Origin: a virus | DNA: 64,000 nt | Direction: 5' to 3' (one strand) | IMG/VR virus record: IMGVR_UViG_3300036939_000021 | Location: 32,001 to 96,000 of that record | Shown: positions 9,918 to 19,400 of the stretch, piece after piece | How the letters are laid out: each line of letters begins with the position of its first letter | Position numbering within the stretch: position 1 is the stretch's first letter | The notes under the pieces: generated by a model | Databases searched by the model: none | Told to the model about the DNA's origin: nothing | Seen by the model: the letters and a program-made list of their open reading frames with translations, nothing else | Translations under genes and position numbers: made by a program

Positions 9918-10067
9918 CTAGGTGATGCCTCTTGCTAGCCGTTCTAGAGTGTCGGATAGACTAGTAGCGTTTATTTCTGTTTGTTTTTCTTCAAGCCACT
10001 TGAGTACTGTTGGAGTAACGGTAAGGGTGAGTTTTTGCTTAGATTCTTTATATACATTTTTTCTCAT
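9918..10067 (-). CDS. CopG/RHH protein (49 aa)
   Basis: Manual translation MRKNVYKESKQKLTLTVTPTVLKWLEEKQTEINATSLSDTLERLARGIT; terminator at 9864-9896. Confidence 0.75.
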   Translation of the reverse strand: MRKNVYKESKQKLTLTVTPTVLKWLEEKQTEINATSLSDTLERLARGIT

Positions 10068-10137
10068 AAGTAGTGTAATACCCGTTTAAAATACGTGCTA
10101 TAATTAAAGAGTAACGCAAATAGAAGGATTTTGCAAG

Positions 10138-10857
10138 ATGTCAGTTATTCAACAATGGCAGGGATCGGATATAAGATTTGAGACGCGTAAGGATGGACGT
10201 GTTTGGGGATGCCTTACAGATATGGCACAAGCAACAGGCAAACTAGTAGCCGATTATCTACGTCTTGTATCTACCCAAGATTATTTACAAGCTTTATCAG
10301 ATGATATGGGAATCCCCATAGCTAACATACTTTATGCTATTCCAGGTCAAAAAACAGGAACTTGGGCTATTGATGAAGTAGTAATAGATTTTGCACAGTG
10401 GTGCAATGTAAAGTTTCGGATTTGGGTGAATCGTGTTATTCGGAGTTTGATTATAGAGAAATCAGCATCATTTTTAGATGATTCTGTAGAAGAAAAAGCT
10501 TTATCGATGATTAGCAATTTAATTAATCAGATGGAAGCAAGTGTGAGTGATCCGTTAGCTGTTAGTCGTTATGGTAAGGCTATTGATGTTTTGAATGTAA
10601 CATTACATCGTAATCAAACGGCAATGTTAAAGGATATCAAAACTAACTCTGTTTCTGATTTCTTAGAACAACACGTAGAAGAGTTTAAAGGAGAGAAGAT
10701 GATAGCGAAAGACTTGTATCACAGTTATTGCCGTTTTTGCTTAAAAAATAAATATACAAAAGAGACATTAACATCTTTTGGTAAATATGTTAGTACAGTG
10801 TATGAAAAACATCGTACAAATAAAGGAGTAATTTATTTAGATATGCGGTTAAAATAA
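10138..10857 (+). CDS. KilA-N protein with C-terminal D5/P4-primase-type winged helix
   Basis: KilA-N N-terminus; C-terminal DLYHSYCRFC...TSFGKYV...RTNKGVIYLDMRLK. Confidence 0.8.
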   Translation: MSVIQQWQGSDIRFETRKDGRVWGCLTDMAQATGKLVADYLRLVSTQDYLQALSDDMGIPIANILYAIPGQKTGTWAIDEVVIDFAQWCNVKFRIWVNRVIRSLIIEKSASFLDDSVEEKALSMISNLINQMEASVSDPLAVSRYGKAIDVLNVTLHRNQTAMLKDIKTNSVSDFLEQHVEEFKGEKMIAKDLYHSYCRFCLKNKYTKETLTSFGKYVSTVYEKHRTNKGVIYLDMRLK

Positions 10858-10931
10858 AAATTGAAATGCGGTTTTTTGTCAAGTATACAAATCTGACTTT
10901 CCCAGAGGTCAGATTTTTTTTTAATATTTTA

Positions 10932-10995
10932 TTGACATCTTAGATTTTTATTACCATAATAGAGGAGTCGAAAGAGAAAGCTAAGGAAAACCAAA
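10932..10995 (+). promoter_or_regulatory. repeated early promoter/RBS module
   Basis: TTGACATCTTAGATTTTTATTACCATAATAGAGGAGTCG...GCTAAGGAAA. Confidence 0.9.
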
Positions 10996-11217
10996 ATGAG
11001 CTTATACATTAAGAATGCTGACCCTCTTTTATTTGTCTATGAGACTAGCGATCCAGAATCGGGAGAACCTGATTATCTTTTGACTACAACTTGCCCTTGT
11101 CTGGTAGGAAAGACTTCAATAGAACAAGCGATTATTCGAGATTCGTATGTAAATGAAACGGATGAAGATGAAGAAAAAGGAATAGCTTTAGTTTCTGAAT
11201 GGCTTAGAACACACTAA
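10996..11217 (+). CDS. hypothetical acidic protein
   Basis: First ORF of a cassette operon, with RBS. Confidence 0.75.
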   Translation: MSLYIKNADPLLFVYETSDPESGEPDYLLTTTCPCLVGKTSIEQAIIRDSYVNETDEDEEKGIALVSEWLRTH

Positions 11218-11279
11218 GAAATTTTCAATAATTCCAGGGATGCATCTACTAGGACAAAACACATAACTAAGGAAAAAAG

Positions 11280-11540
11280 ATGACATATATACCACAAAAA
11301 ATAATAGTCATAGATTTATATGGATCAGGATATGCTGTCTTAATAGATGCTAAGAGAGAACATGAAAAAGTTTGGTTTTCACATTCAGGTTTAACAGCTT
11401 GTGTAAGGAATAGACATCGAGTCAATGGGATTATAGAAAAAACAAGAATGAAAAATCCCAATATAGAGATTATTGAACACTATCATGATGGACATAATGA
11501 ATATATGCCATTAACTGAAGAAAGCAGACGTATTTTATAA
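11280..11540 (+). CDS. hypothetical protein
   Basis: TAAGGA RBS; same operon. Confidence 0.7.
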   Translation: MTYIPQKIIVIDLYGSGYAVLIDAKREHEKVWFSHSGLTACVRNRHRVNGIIEKTRMKNPNIEIIEHYHDGHNEYMPLTEESRRIL

Positions 11541-11592
11541 ATTATTAGAATGCATATACTAAGACAAAAAACCTCACATGGAATAATTCAAA

Positions 11593-11850
11593 ATGACAAC
11601 GACACAACAGACAGAACAAGATCAAGCAGAACATTACAAACGGTTATTTAACAAGTTTGCTGAAGGTGTCATAATGCTTTACAAACAAGCACTTGTTCTA
11701 AAAACACCTGAAGCATATCGATTCTGGAACTTACGAGAAGAAAACCTCTACAAGCAAATTACAGAGAATTTGAATGAGACAGACAAAAAGGAATTGCTCC
11801 GAATTCTGGTAATTGCTAATGAACGAGCGGTCAAAGTAATTCGTAAGTAA
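11593..11850 (+). CDS. hypothetical helical protein
   Basis: ORF track; same operon. Confidence 0.7.
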   Translation: MTTTQQTEQDQAEHYKRLFNKFAEGVIMLYKQALVLKTPEAYRFWNLREENLYKQITENLNETDKKELLRILVIANERAVKVIRK

Positions 11851-11909
11851 TTTAATAATAAAAATTAGGGAGCATCTACTATTAAAAGTGAACACCCAAT
11901 GGAATAATC

Positions 11910-12095
11910 ATAAAATTTGCAAAATTAGCTCTAGGTTTAACTCTTACGTTTTCTATCATTGTTGGTAATATTTATATTGTTGTAAAACCTTTGATAGCTT
12001 CTGAGACTCAAAGTTAGTGTAAAAAAGAAAAATCTAGTCCTTGTCCTGGTATGGGTAGGAGAGAGTACAATAGAATGATGTTTTCTTTTTCTTAG
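11910..12095 (+). pseudogene. decayed secreted peptide gene, PatX-like layout
   Basis: ATA start, signal-peptide-like N-terminus, internal TAG at 12015, C-terminal SSPCPGMGRRE. Confidence 0.4.
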
Positions 12096-12355
12096 CTACC
12101 ACAGTCTGACTTTTTATCAGGTCAGACTTTTTTTGTTTTAAATATTTTAATATTTTACTAATTTAGACTTTTCTAGAAGCCTCAATAATATTGGATAAGG
12201 GAATAGGTCATTTTCTTTATTTTTAAGGCTCTAGAGCCATTCTAGAGGGCACCTAGAAGATTAGAAAAGTCTGCTAGCTTTCGAGATTTTTCGAAATTTA
12301 TATATTTTCTAATAAAACAAAACAAAAAAAAATGGGGGATAGCTCCCCCAAGTCT

Positions 12356-12709
12356 TTATTCTTTTGTTTCCATCCAGTCTGCTAGTTTGGCTTTTCCTCC
12401 TTTTTTAATTATTCTCGTGTATTCTTTGTATTTTTCTTTGTCAGCTTTGCAAATTTCGGTCAAGTCTTTCAGAGTCATTTTAGAGAAGTTTGTCGGTTTT
12501 TCTGGAGGACTTTCTATAGGAATAATTTCTTGTTTTGGTTCTGGTTTTTTGATGATTTCTTTTGGCTTTTCTTCTGGTGTGTAGGGCTTGACTGGTGGAC
12601 AGTAAGTAGCCATCCAGGTTATGTGAGAGTGGTAGAAAGCATGAGCGATGATTCCAGAGAATCCTATGATTGCAATAGACTCGATTGCTGAGGTGAGAAG
12701 TGCTTGCAT
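12356..12709 (-). CDS. membrane-anchored protein with C-terminal Rho_N/HeH-like motif
   Basis: Hydrophobic N-terminus, P/E/K linker, FSKMTLKDLTEICK. Confidence 0.6.
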   Translation of the reverse strand: MQALLTSAIESIAIIGFSGIIAHAFYHSHITWMATYCPPVKPYTPEEKPKEIIKKPEPKQEIIPIESPPEKPTNFSKMTLKDLTEICKADKEKYKEYTRIIKKGGKAKLADWMETKE

Positions 12710-12827
12710 TGTCTATTTCCTTAGATTTTCTTAGCTAGGCGATTTAGAGAGGTTTTAGAGCTTTTTGAGGCGTCGCTCTTTTTCTTCCCTACTCTTCTAT
12801 TTTATTAATAAAAATCTAAGATGTCAA
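12710..12827 (-). promoter_or_regulatory. repeated early promoter/RBS module (with a longer leader)
   Basis: Reverse complement TTGACATCTTAGATTTTTATTAATAAAATAGAAGAGTAGG...CTAAGGAAATAGACA-ATG. Confidence 0.88.
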
Positions 12828-12912
12828 TAAATATAATATAAAGTTTTTATGAATAATTTTTTTTAAACTAATAGATTCACGATAAGATATTAAAAATAGA
12901 TTTGATGAATAA

Positions 12913-13659
12913 ATGGTTGAATTATTAAAAGATCCATATTTTCGAGTACAACTAGATAAAGATGCAAGTTCACCTAATCCGGAAGCTGCGATATGGAATG
13001 CACAACATATTTGTGTAGCTGAGAAAGATTCTTATCATGATCAGCTACCTTTAGAACCTGGAAAAGCAATAATAAAACATCAATTAGAAGGTGGAAAGGG
13101 TCACTATTCAGTAGCTGCTTTTGCTTTTGCAAAAATAGATTTTTATGGTTTCTCGCATGATGCTATTATGCAGATGAGAACTCATCACACTAGTGGTAGT
13201 GATGTAAGATTTCTAGTACAAAGTTCTCGTTATACTTCTCAGAGATTTATAGATGTAGCTGAAGGAAAACTAAAACCAGAGGAAGTATTTTATTGGCGTC
13301 CTTTAGGAAAATATACAAGTCGTAATGGTTGGTATGAAAATAGTGATTTAGTACAGAATATTTTTTATGAGCAATGTAGAGAAAATTGTAAAGTCTATGC
13401 TGATTTAGTTTTAGAGTACAATCAACCTTATGAACAGGCAAGAAACGTACTTTCACAAGGAATACGACAAGATTTCACAATAGCAGCAACGTTAAAAGGA
13501 TTTTGGCATTTACTCGATCAAAGAACAAAAAAAGATTCTCAACTAGAAATTCAAACTTTAGCAGAAATGTTACAGCAAGAATTAGAAAAATGGTGTCCTA
13601 CACTTTCTTATTGGTACAGAGAGAATCATATTAAAAAATCTAAGAAATTATTACCTTAA
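12913..13659 (+). CDS. thyX: flavin-dependent thymidylate synthase
   Basis: GHYSV, QMRTH, VQSSRY, EQAR, HLLDQRTKKDSQLEIQ motifs. Confidence 0.92.
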   Translation: MVELLKDPYFRVQLDKDASSPNPEAAIWNAQHICVAEKDSYHDQLPLEPGKAIIKHQLEGGKGHYSVAAFAFAKIDFYGFSHDAIMQMRTHHTSGSDVRFLVQSSRYTSQRFIDVAEGKLKPEEVFYWRPLGKYTSRNGWYENSDLVQNIFYEQCRENCKVYADLVLEYNQPYEQARNVLSQGIRQDFTIAATLKGFWHLLDQRTKKDSQLEIQTLAEMLQQELEKWCPTLSYWYRENHIKKSKKLLP

Positions 13660-13665
13660 AACAAG

Positions 13666-14196
13666 ATGACTATATTAGTTGACTGGCAGATAAGACAAGA
13701 AGCCTTACGAAATAATTTAGTAGTGCCTTTTGATGAGGAGATGCTCAATCCTTGTTCTATTGATGTGAGAGTAGGACATACAGCAAAACTTCGGATAGTT
13801 GGAGGATGGCAAGATATAGAATTAGCACATTATGGGGAAACATTTCCTTATATGCTTTATCCAGGAGATAGAGTTTTAATAGCTAGTTTAGAGACTTATA
13901 ATTTTTCTGAAAATTTAGCTGGACAGTTTAAATTAAAATCTAGTCGAGGTAGAGAATGGTATGAACATTTAGAAGCGGGATGGATAGATCCAGGATGGCA
14001 CGGAAGTAAATTAACAATGGAAATTATTGCAATGGATGTATCACCATTGCCTTTATATCCAGGTTTAAGAATGGGTCAAATAATATTTTTTAAATTAGAT
14101 GAAATACCAGAGAAATCTTATAGTGTGACTGGAAAGTATAATAATGATGTAACGGTACAAGAGAGTAAAGATAATATTTTTAGTATAAAATATTGA
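13666..14196 (+). CDS. dcd: dCTP deaminase
   Basis: LNPCSIDV...LKSSRGR...AGWIDPGWHG..LTMEI...GKY. Confidence 0.92.
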   Translation: MTILVDWQIRQEALRNNLVVPFDEEMLNPCSIDVRVGHTAKLRIVGGWQDIELAHYGETFPYMLYPGDRVLIASLETYNFSENLAGQFKLKSSRGREWYEHLEAGWIDPGWHGSKLTMEIIAMDVSPLPLYPGLRMGQIIFFKLDEIPEKSYSVTGKYNNDVTVQESKDNIFSIKY

Positions 14197-14618
14197 TTAT
14201 ATTTTCTCTAACTCTTCTTCTAAATCTAATAAAGTTCCCCAAGTTCTAGCATTTAACACACCGGAATCGTAAAGCATTTTTATAATCCTGGCTGTTTGTT
14301 TGCTGAGTTCTTGGGGATTATTTTCTTTAAGTGCTTCGGGAAAAGGTAAGAAATCCTCAAAAGTTGCATTCTCACCTGCCAACATTAGAGCAACTTTTGC
14401 TATCGACTTTGCATTAATATTTGCGTTAAGTCTCTCTAATTTTCCTATTTCTTTAAGCGTTTCCCTGATGATGTGACAGGGACATCTATGATAGATTCTT
14501 CTGTGGAAGATTGGATCGCTAATATTTCTGGCTGTAAGTTTGTAGTATCCGGTTCTGTAAAATTCTTGTTGCTCTCTGACGGAATCGCGATAACTTCGTA
14601 ACCGTTCAAGTATTGTTT
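14197..14618 (-). CDS. tail assembly chaperone frameshift extension (gpT-like), -1 frame
   Basis: The -1 frame is open from the slippery site GGAAAAAAAAC (14625-14615) through TILERLRSY...DPIFHRR...DFLPFP to the stop at 14197. Confidence 0.8.
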
Positions 14619-15278
14619 TTTTTCCTGTGGAACTGTATCATCTACCGATTCCCATTCTCTCTCCTCAGCTAGAGCAAAACCAGCTAGTTCTCGAATATCA
14701 GACATAGGAAGTTTAGAAATTATTCTATTAAAAATCGCAATACGTTTTTCAGAACTTAACCACTGTTCCTCAGGAATTGCTAATAATTCTGATGTTTCTT
14801 TAGGTTCTAGGGATAATCTGTAAGTTTTATTTATTTTAGTAAGATTTTCTACAAGCCATTGTGAATCTAGACGGCTAGAAAGAATCATTAAAGCTACTGC
14901 TTTAGTTTGTATAGTATTTATTTTTTCAGGATTATTTTGTTGAGAAAGTACAGTCATATGCTCTTTAAATTTTATCGAGAATGACATGAGCTTCAGTTGT
15001 TCATTCTCATCAGCTATTACTTTATTTTCTAAAATTTTTGAAATAAAACTTAAAGCTTCTTCTAGCGGTATATTTTCTTTTTCTGATACTGCTATTGCAA
15101 ACTTTTCAATAGCATCGAGTTTTTGGAGTTCATGACCTCTAACTTTATCAGCCATGTATTCTGTTTCTTCTACTGTGAGACTTCCCATTTTTGCTAGAGG
15201 AAAGGGGAAAGAACCAACAGGGTAAAGAGAAGAGAAAACACTGGAATCATTCATACAAAAGTAATATAAATTGTTCAA
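14445..15278 (-). CDS. tail assembly chaperone (gpG-like)
   Basis: Downstream of the major tail genes; contains an A-run slippery site with an open -1 frame; start may be MNDSS. Confidence 0.75.
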   Translation of the reverse strand: MNNLYYFCMNDSSVFSSLYPVGSFPFPLAKMGSLTVEETEYMADKVRGHELQKLDAIEKFAIAVSEKENIPLEEALSFISKILENKVIADENEQLKLMSFSIKFKEHMTVLSQQNNPEKINTIQTKAVALMILSSRLDSQWLVENLTKINKTYRLSLEPKETSELLAIPEEQWLSSEKRIAIFNRIISKLPMSDIRELAGFALAEEREWESVDDTVPQEKKQYLNGYEVIAIPSESNKNFTEPDTTNLQPEILAIQSSTEESIIDVPVTSSGKRLKK

Positions 15279-15347
15279 TATATTAATTTAACACATATAG
15301 AAGTTAAAAATATTAAAATAAAGATTTTATAAATTTTTTAATAGATA

Positions 15348-15407
15348 TTGACAGCATATTAGATTTTAGCTATTATAGAGAAGTCGAGCTAAGAGAAGCA
15401 AAGAAAA
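15348..15407 (+). promoter_or_regulatory. repeated early promoter module (variant)
   Basis: TTGACAGCATATTAGATTTTAGCTATTATAGAGAAGTCGAGCTAAG. Confidence 0.8.
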
Positions 15408-15629
15408 ATGAAATTAACTTACTGGGTAGCTGTCAATAAGCAGGATGCTTCTTGCTATAATCTTCGAGCTAAAACTAAGAAACGGGTTTTAGAATTAATA
15501 AAACTTTCAGGGCATGATGATGAACACTATGGAACACCGAAAAAAGTAGAAATAGAGTATGATGATGGATTTGATTTATTAACACAAGCTTTAGGAGAAG
15601 GAGGACTAAGCTATTTAGAAGAAGATTAA
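15408..15629 (+). CDS. hypothetical protein (moron inserted antisense in the tail operon)
   Basis: Own promoter and terminator (15640-15680). Confidence 0.75.
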   Translation: MKLTYWVAVNKQDASCYNLRAKTKKRVLELIKLSGHDDEHYGTPKKVEIEYDDGFDLLTQALGEGGLSYLEED

Positions 15630-15698
15630 GATGATTAAAAAACAAAAAATCTCTTAGATAGCTCTAAGAGATTTTTTGTTTAATAGTTTCATATGGAA

Positions 15699-15968
15699 TC
15701 ATTCATTTAGTTTTTCAAAATAAACTTTAATATTATTGTTTATATCACATAATCGAGCATATGTTTCTACTTGTAGTTCTTTTGGTACAAGTAATCTACG
15801 ACCATCTTTAATTAATTCTGAGCCGTAAAATAAACGTTGTGGATTTTTAGTAAAAAAGAGAGCGCAACCACAAGTTACATGATTTTCAAAAAGTTTACAA
15901 TTTATTAATATTATTGTTTGTCCTTTAGAAGCTAAATAATTATAGAAATTATTATCCATATTAAACAA
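15699..15968 (-). CDS. hypothetical protein
   Basis: ORF overlapping the stop of the upstream tail gene. Confidence 0.55.
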   Translation of the reverse strand: MFNMDNNFYNYLASKGQTIILINCKLFENHVTCGCALFFTKNPQRLFYGSELIKDGRRLLVPKELQVETYARLCDINNNIKVYFEKLNE

Positions 15969-16656
15969 TATTTAAGGAGTTGTAAGTATTAGGTTGAACT
16001 CTTGCATCAATACGGAAACTCCTCAAACTTTGCATATTTGCGGTAGGACTACAACTAGTAACTATAGCAGCACCACGTTTATAATTACCATCCGGATAAG
16101 TATGTAAAAACCAAAATTCGTGATTTCTAAAACTTAAATCTTCGCATAGTTTTATAAGTAAAGCCCCACCAACATCACCGTAAATTTCAATAAGGTCTAT
16201 ATTTATTTTTTTAGAATTAAAAGTTTGTTTTTCTTCTCGTTCTGCTCCATGAGATACATTACTGGTATCAGTTGTTTGTATTTCTGGACTAATTATAAAA
16301 TTTTTACATCCTGCCACTAACCATAAAGCCTGAGTAGTAGAGGTTGTATTTATTGGAATAATAACTCCACTAGATTGATCTAAAATGCTTACTGGTGTTG
16401 ATGTTGTAGTTAAATTAACATCTTCAGCAATTTCTATGATTATTCCATTGAATATTAATTGTGTTTCTGCTGTTAAATATGTTTCTAAATTTGATTTTAA
16501 AAATATTATTCCAGGATTAGTATTACTATTAAATTCTTGAGTTACGGTAATATTGTGATTTTTAGGTATTCTAACGCCAAGAGGCAAGAGAGCTATACGC
16601 AATCTTGCCCCTAATGTAGTTTTTCGAGTAGATGGGTAAGTATGGGATTTAGCCAT
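15961..16656 (-). CDS. major tail protein paralog
   Basis: Shares PSTRKTT, GC.N..ISP.IQ, IYGD.GG and EF.F motifs with 16656..17426. Confidence 0.7.
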   Translation of the reverse strand: MAKSHTYPSTRKTTLGARLRIALLPLGVRIPKNHNITVTQEFNSNTNPGIIFLKSNLETYLTAETQLIFNGIIIEIAEDVNLTTTSTPVSILDQSSGVIIPINTTSTTQALWLVAGCKNFIISPEIQTTDTSNVSHGAEREEKQTFNSKKINIDLIEIYGDVGGALLIKLCEDLSFRNHEFWFLHTYPDGNYKRGAAIVTSCSPTANMQSLRSFRIDARVQPNTYNSLNIV

Positions 16657-17426
16657 TAAACAACAGCAACAGCGGTTACAGTAGCCTTAGTATGTACATA
16701 GGAGTCACCTTGTACCTGAGCAGAACCTGAAATATTTACAAGTTGTTGAACTCCACCTTGAGGCGATGCAGAATTAAGAATTGCCACACCTTCGTGAATT
16801 TCTCCTGAACTTTCTCGAACTTCAAAATAAAATTCACGTCCAATGTCGCTGTCTTCATACATGATGTCATAAAGAACGTCTCCACCTCTATCACCATATA
16901 TTGCACGAAATTCAAATGCAAGTTCTTTAGCATTTGAAACTGTTACCATTTCTTTTCCTGTTCCTGAAAGATAAGTTGTTCCGTCTTCATTCTGTATCTG
17001 AGGACTTACAGTAGCGTTAGAGCAACCATTTACAAAAATAAGAGCTTTTGTAATAGTTGTATCTGTTGTAGCGAGAGTAACTGGAGCATCAGGATCGATA
17101 ATAGTTACAGGTGTAGCAGTAGTGCCAACTTCTTTACCTTCAGCAACTTTTACCACTTTATTAGTTCCAAAATTTAAGATTAATCCACCATCAACATATA
17201 CTTTAGTACCAGCTGTAGGAGCTGTACCATTAACTTGGGTAAGAGTTAATGAAAGTTGATCAGAACTCGCACTAGTAAAAGCTGAAGCAACTGTTAAAGT
17301 ATATAATGGCGCTTTACGAATAGTAGAAATTTGTTCACCATATAAAATAATAGGTAGTCTACCAATTGCAAAAGTTTTGCCGATGGTAGTTCTACGTGTA
17401 GATGGTCTAACTACTGTCTTAGCCAT
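16656..17426 (-). CDS. major tail (tube) protein
   Basis: Tail-tube-like pattern, upstream of the chaperone, preceded by the late motif. Confidence 0.75.
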   Translation of the reverse strand: MAKTVVRPSTRRTTIGKTFAIGRLPIILYGEQISTIRKAPLYTLTVASAFTSASSDQLSLTLTQVNGTAPTAGTKVYVDGGLILNFGTNKVVKVAEGKEVGTTATPVTIIDPDAPVTLATTDTTITKALIFVNGCSNATVSPQIQNEDGTTYLSGTGKEMVTVSNAKELAFEFRAIYGDRGGDVLYDIMYEDSDIGREFYFEVRESSGEIHEGVAILNSASPQGGVQQLVNISGSAQVQGDSYVHTKATVTAVAVV

Positions 17427-17456
17427 TTTAATAAATAAAAATAGTACGGTACTATT

Positions 17457-17469
17457 TACAATATTCCAC
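17457..17469 (-). promoter_or_regulatory. putative late promoter GTGGAATATTGTA
   Basis: 30 nt upstream of the major tail gene; same motif before scaffold, capsid and tape measure. Confidence 0.7.
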
Positions 17470-17471
17470 TA

Positions 17472-19400
17472 GTGGAAGTCTCAGAAAGTATGGAAGATTT
17501 TAAGAATAAAAACATCCCCGGAATAATCGAAGGTGCTGGTATTGGAGGTAAAGGAGGTGGCACTCCTGATCAAGATAGGATTTCTGGTACTTCTACAGCA
17601 TATGTATACGCTCTTTTTGGTATAGGTGAAGGCACTATTGAAGGTTTAAAAGCGGGTGCAAAGTCTATTCAACTTGATGGCACACCTATAGAGAATGCTG
17701 ATGGCACTAAAAATTTTAGTGATTTTAAATTTATATTTACTCCAGGTTTGCAAAGTCAAGCTAATATACCATCAGAAGCAAATGAAGTAAGTTCTGAATC
17801 TGCTGTAGGTGTAGAAGTTCTAAAATTATTTCCTGTAACTCGACAAATAACAAATCCAGATATTAATGGTATTCGTATAAGACTCGGTTTTCAATTACAA
17901 GAACAAGAAAAAGAAAGTGGTGATATTAATTCTTTAGCTTGTAATTTTGCAATATATATAAAAGAAGGTAATGGTGCTTTTGTAGAAAGATTAGCTTATA
18001 GAAATAATGAGTTTAAATACCGTTTTACAAGTCTTACAGAATTTACTTATTTTTTTCCTGTTAATTCACAAATAACAGATACCTTTCAAATAAAAGTTGA
18101 AAAAATTTCAGAAGATGCTGTAGATAATGAAGATGTTGTACAGCAACGTACTGTAAGGTGGCAAGCATATGCAGAAGTTATTCAAGATACATTAGAGTAT
18201 CCTTGGACTGCATTATGTTATATGCAATTTCCAGGAAATGCCTTTAAAAGTGTCCCAACACGTAAATATTTAGTTGGGGGTATAAAGTGGCTTATTCCGA
18301 CGGTATTTACTGTAGGTGCTGATAGAGGATTAGATTATAACGGTCAAGCTTGGGGTGGAGGTTTTTACGAACCTGATAAAGCACCAGCTGATGCTGCTTG
18401 GGTAGTATGGGGATTGCTTACAAATAATAGATATGGTTTAGGAAGAAAAATAGCAGGTCGTTTAGGATTAGGTAGAGGATTACAAGAATCTGACATAGAT
18501 AAATTTGCGCTGTATCAGTGTTCTTTGCATAACAACGGTATTATTCCAGACGGATTTGGAAATACTGAAAGACGTTATAGTGCTAACGGAATCTTACAAG
18601 GCTCTCAAGATGCTTGGGAGATGATACAGAGTGTTTGTAGTAATTTTGCTGCAAAAGCTTATTGGAATGGTTCACAGATAAGTTTTTGGCAAGATCGCCC
18701 TTGGATTGGATTACCAAGAGCTATTTTTACTAATGCAAAAGTTGTAGATGGAAGGTTTATATATACAAGTCAGGAATGGAAGGGAATTACAACAGTTGCA
18801 AAAGTAAGTTGGAATGATCCGGCTCAGGATTATGGCTTAGTCCCCGAACCTATAGAATATCAACAAGGTATTTTAGATTGGGGAGTACATGAAGATGAGT
18901 TTTCTGCTTTTCTCTGTACTTCTCGTGGTCAAGCTTATCGATTAGGTTTAAAAAATATTTTAACTTCTTTACTTGAGACTGAAATGGTAAGTTTTCGAGC
19001 ATTACCAGAATCTTTTTATTGCCGTCCTGGAGATGTAATTCAAGTTCAAGATAATCGTAGAACACAAACTAGAAAGGGTGGATTAATAACTTCTGCTACC
19101 ACAACTTCTATTACAGTAGATTTAAAAAATCCAGTAACTCTAGTCGGTACATCTCCATATAAAGTAAGAGTAACTTTACCCAATTTACAAGTAGAAGAAA
19201 GATTTATAAGTAATGGTGCTGGAACGCATTTAACTTTATTACCAACACAGCCTTTTAGTATGCCACCTCTTTCTCATGCAATTTGGTTAGTACAAGATGG
19301 AGCTGCTCTTGAGATGCTATATCGAATTATTTCTATAACTCCTGGTGAAGCAGAAAATAAAATGATTTATGAAATCAGCGCTAAAACTTATGCTGGTTAG
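17472..19400 (+). CDS. tail tip / host-specificity protein J, N-terminal part
   Basis: GEGTIEGL, LDGTPIEN.DG..NF, YPWTAL, NNRYGLG, IDKFALY, CTSRGQA.R.G, PGDVIQVQD; ends YEISAKTY before the fibronectin domains. Confidence 0.9.
   Translation: MEVSESMEDFKNKNIPGIIEGAGIGGKGGGTPDQDRISGTSTAYVYALFGIGEGTIEGLKAGAKSIQLDGTPIENADGTKNFSDFKFIFTPGLQSQANIPSEANEVSSESAVGVEVLKLFPVTRQITNPDINGIRIRLGFQLQEQEKESGDINSLACNFAIYIKEGNGAFVERLAYRNNEFKYRFTSLTEFTYFFPVNSQITDTFQIKVEKISEDAVDNEDVVQQRTVRWQAYAEVIQDTLEYPWTALCYMQFPGNAFKSVPTRKYLVGGIKWLIPTVFTVGADRGLDYNGQAWGGGFYEPDKAPADAAWVVWGLLTNNRYGLGRKIAGRLGLGRGLQESDIDKFALYQCSLHNNGIIPDGFGNTERRYSANGILQGSQDAWEMIQSVCSNFAAKAYWNGSQISFWQDRPWIGLPRAIFTNAKVVDGRFIYTSQEWKGITTVAKVSWNDPAQDYGLVPEPIEYQQGILDWGVHEDEFSAFLCTSRGQAYRLGLKNILTSLLETEMVSFRALPESFYCRPGDVIQVQDNRRTQTRKGGLITSATTTSITVDLKNPVTLVGTSPYKVRVTLPNLQVEERFISNGAGTHLTLLPTQPFSMPPLSHAIWLVQDGAALEMLYRIISITPGEAENKMIYEISAKTYAG

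Noticed and set aside
4621-12827. Recurring ~60-bp repeats as a CRISPR array
   Set aside because: The repeats are promoter/RBS modules separated by whole genes of variable length, not 30-40 nt spacers, and no cas genes are present
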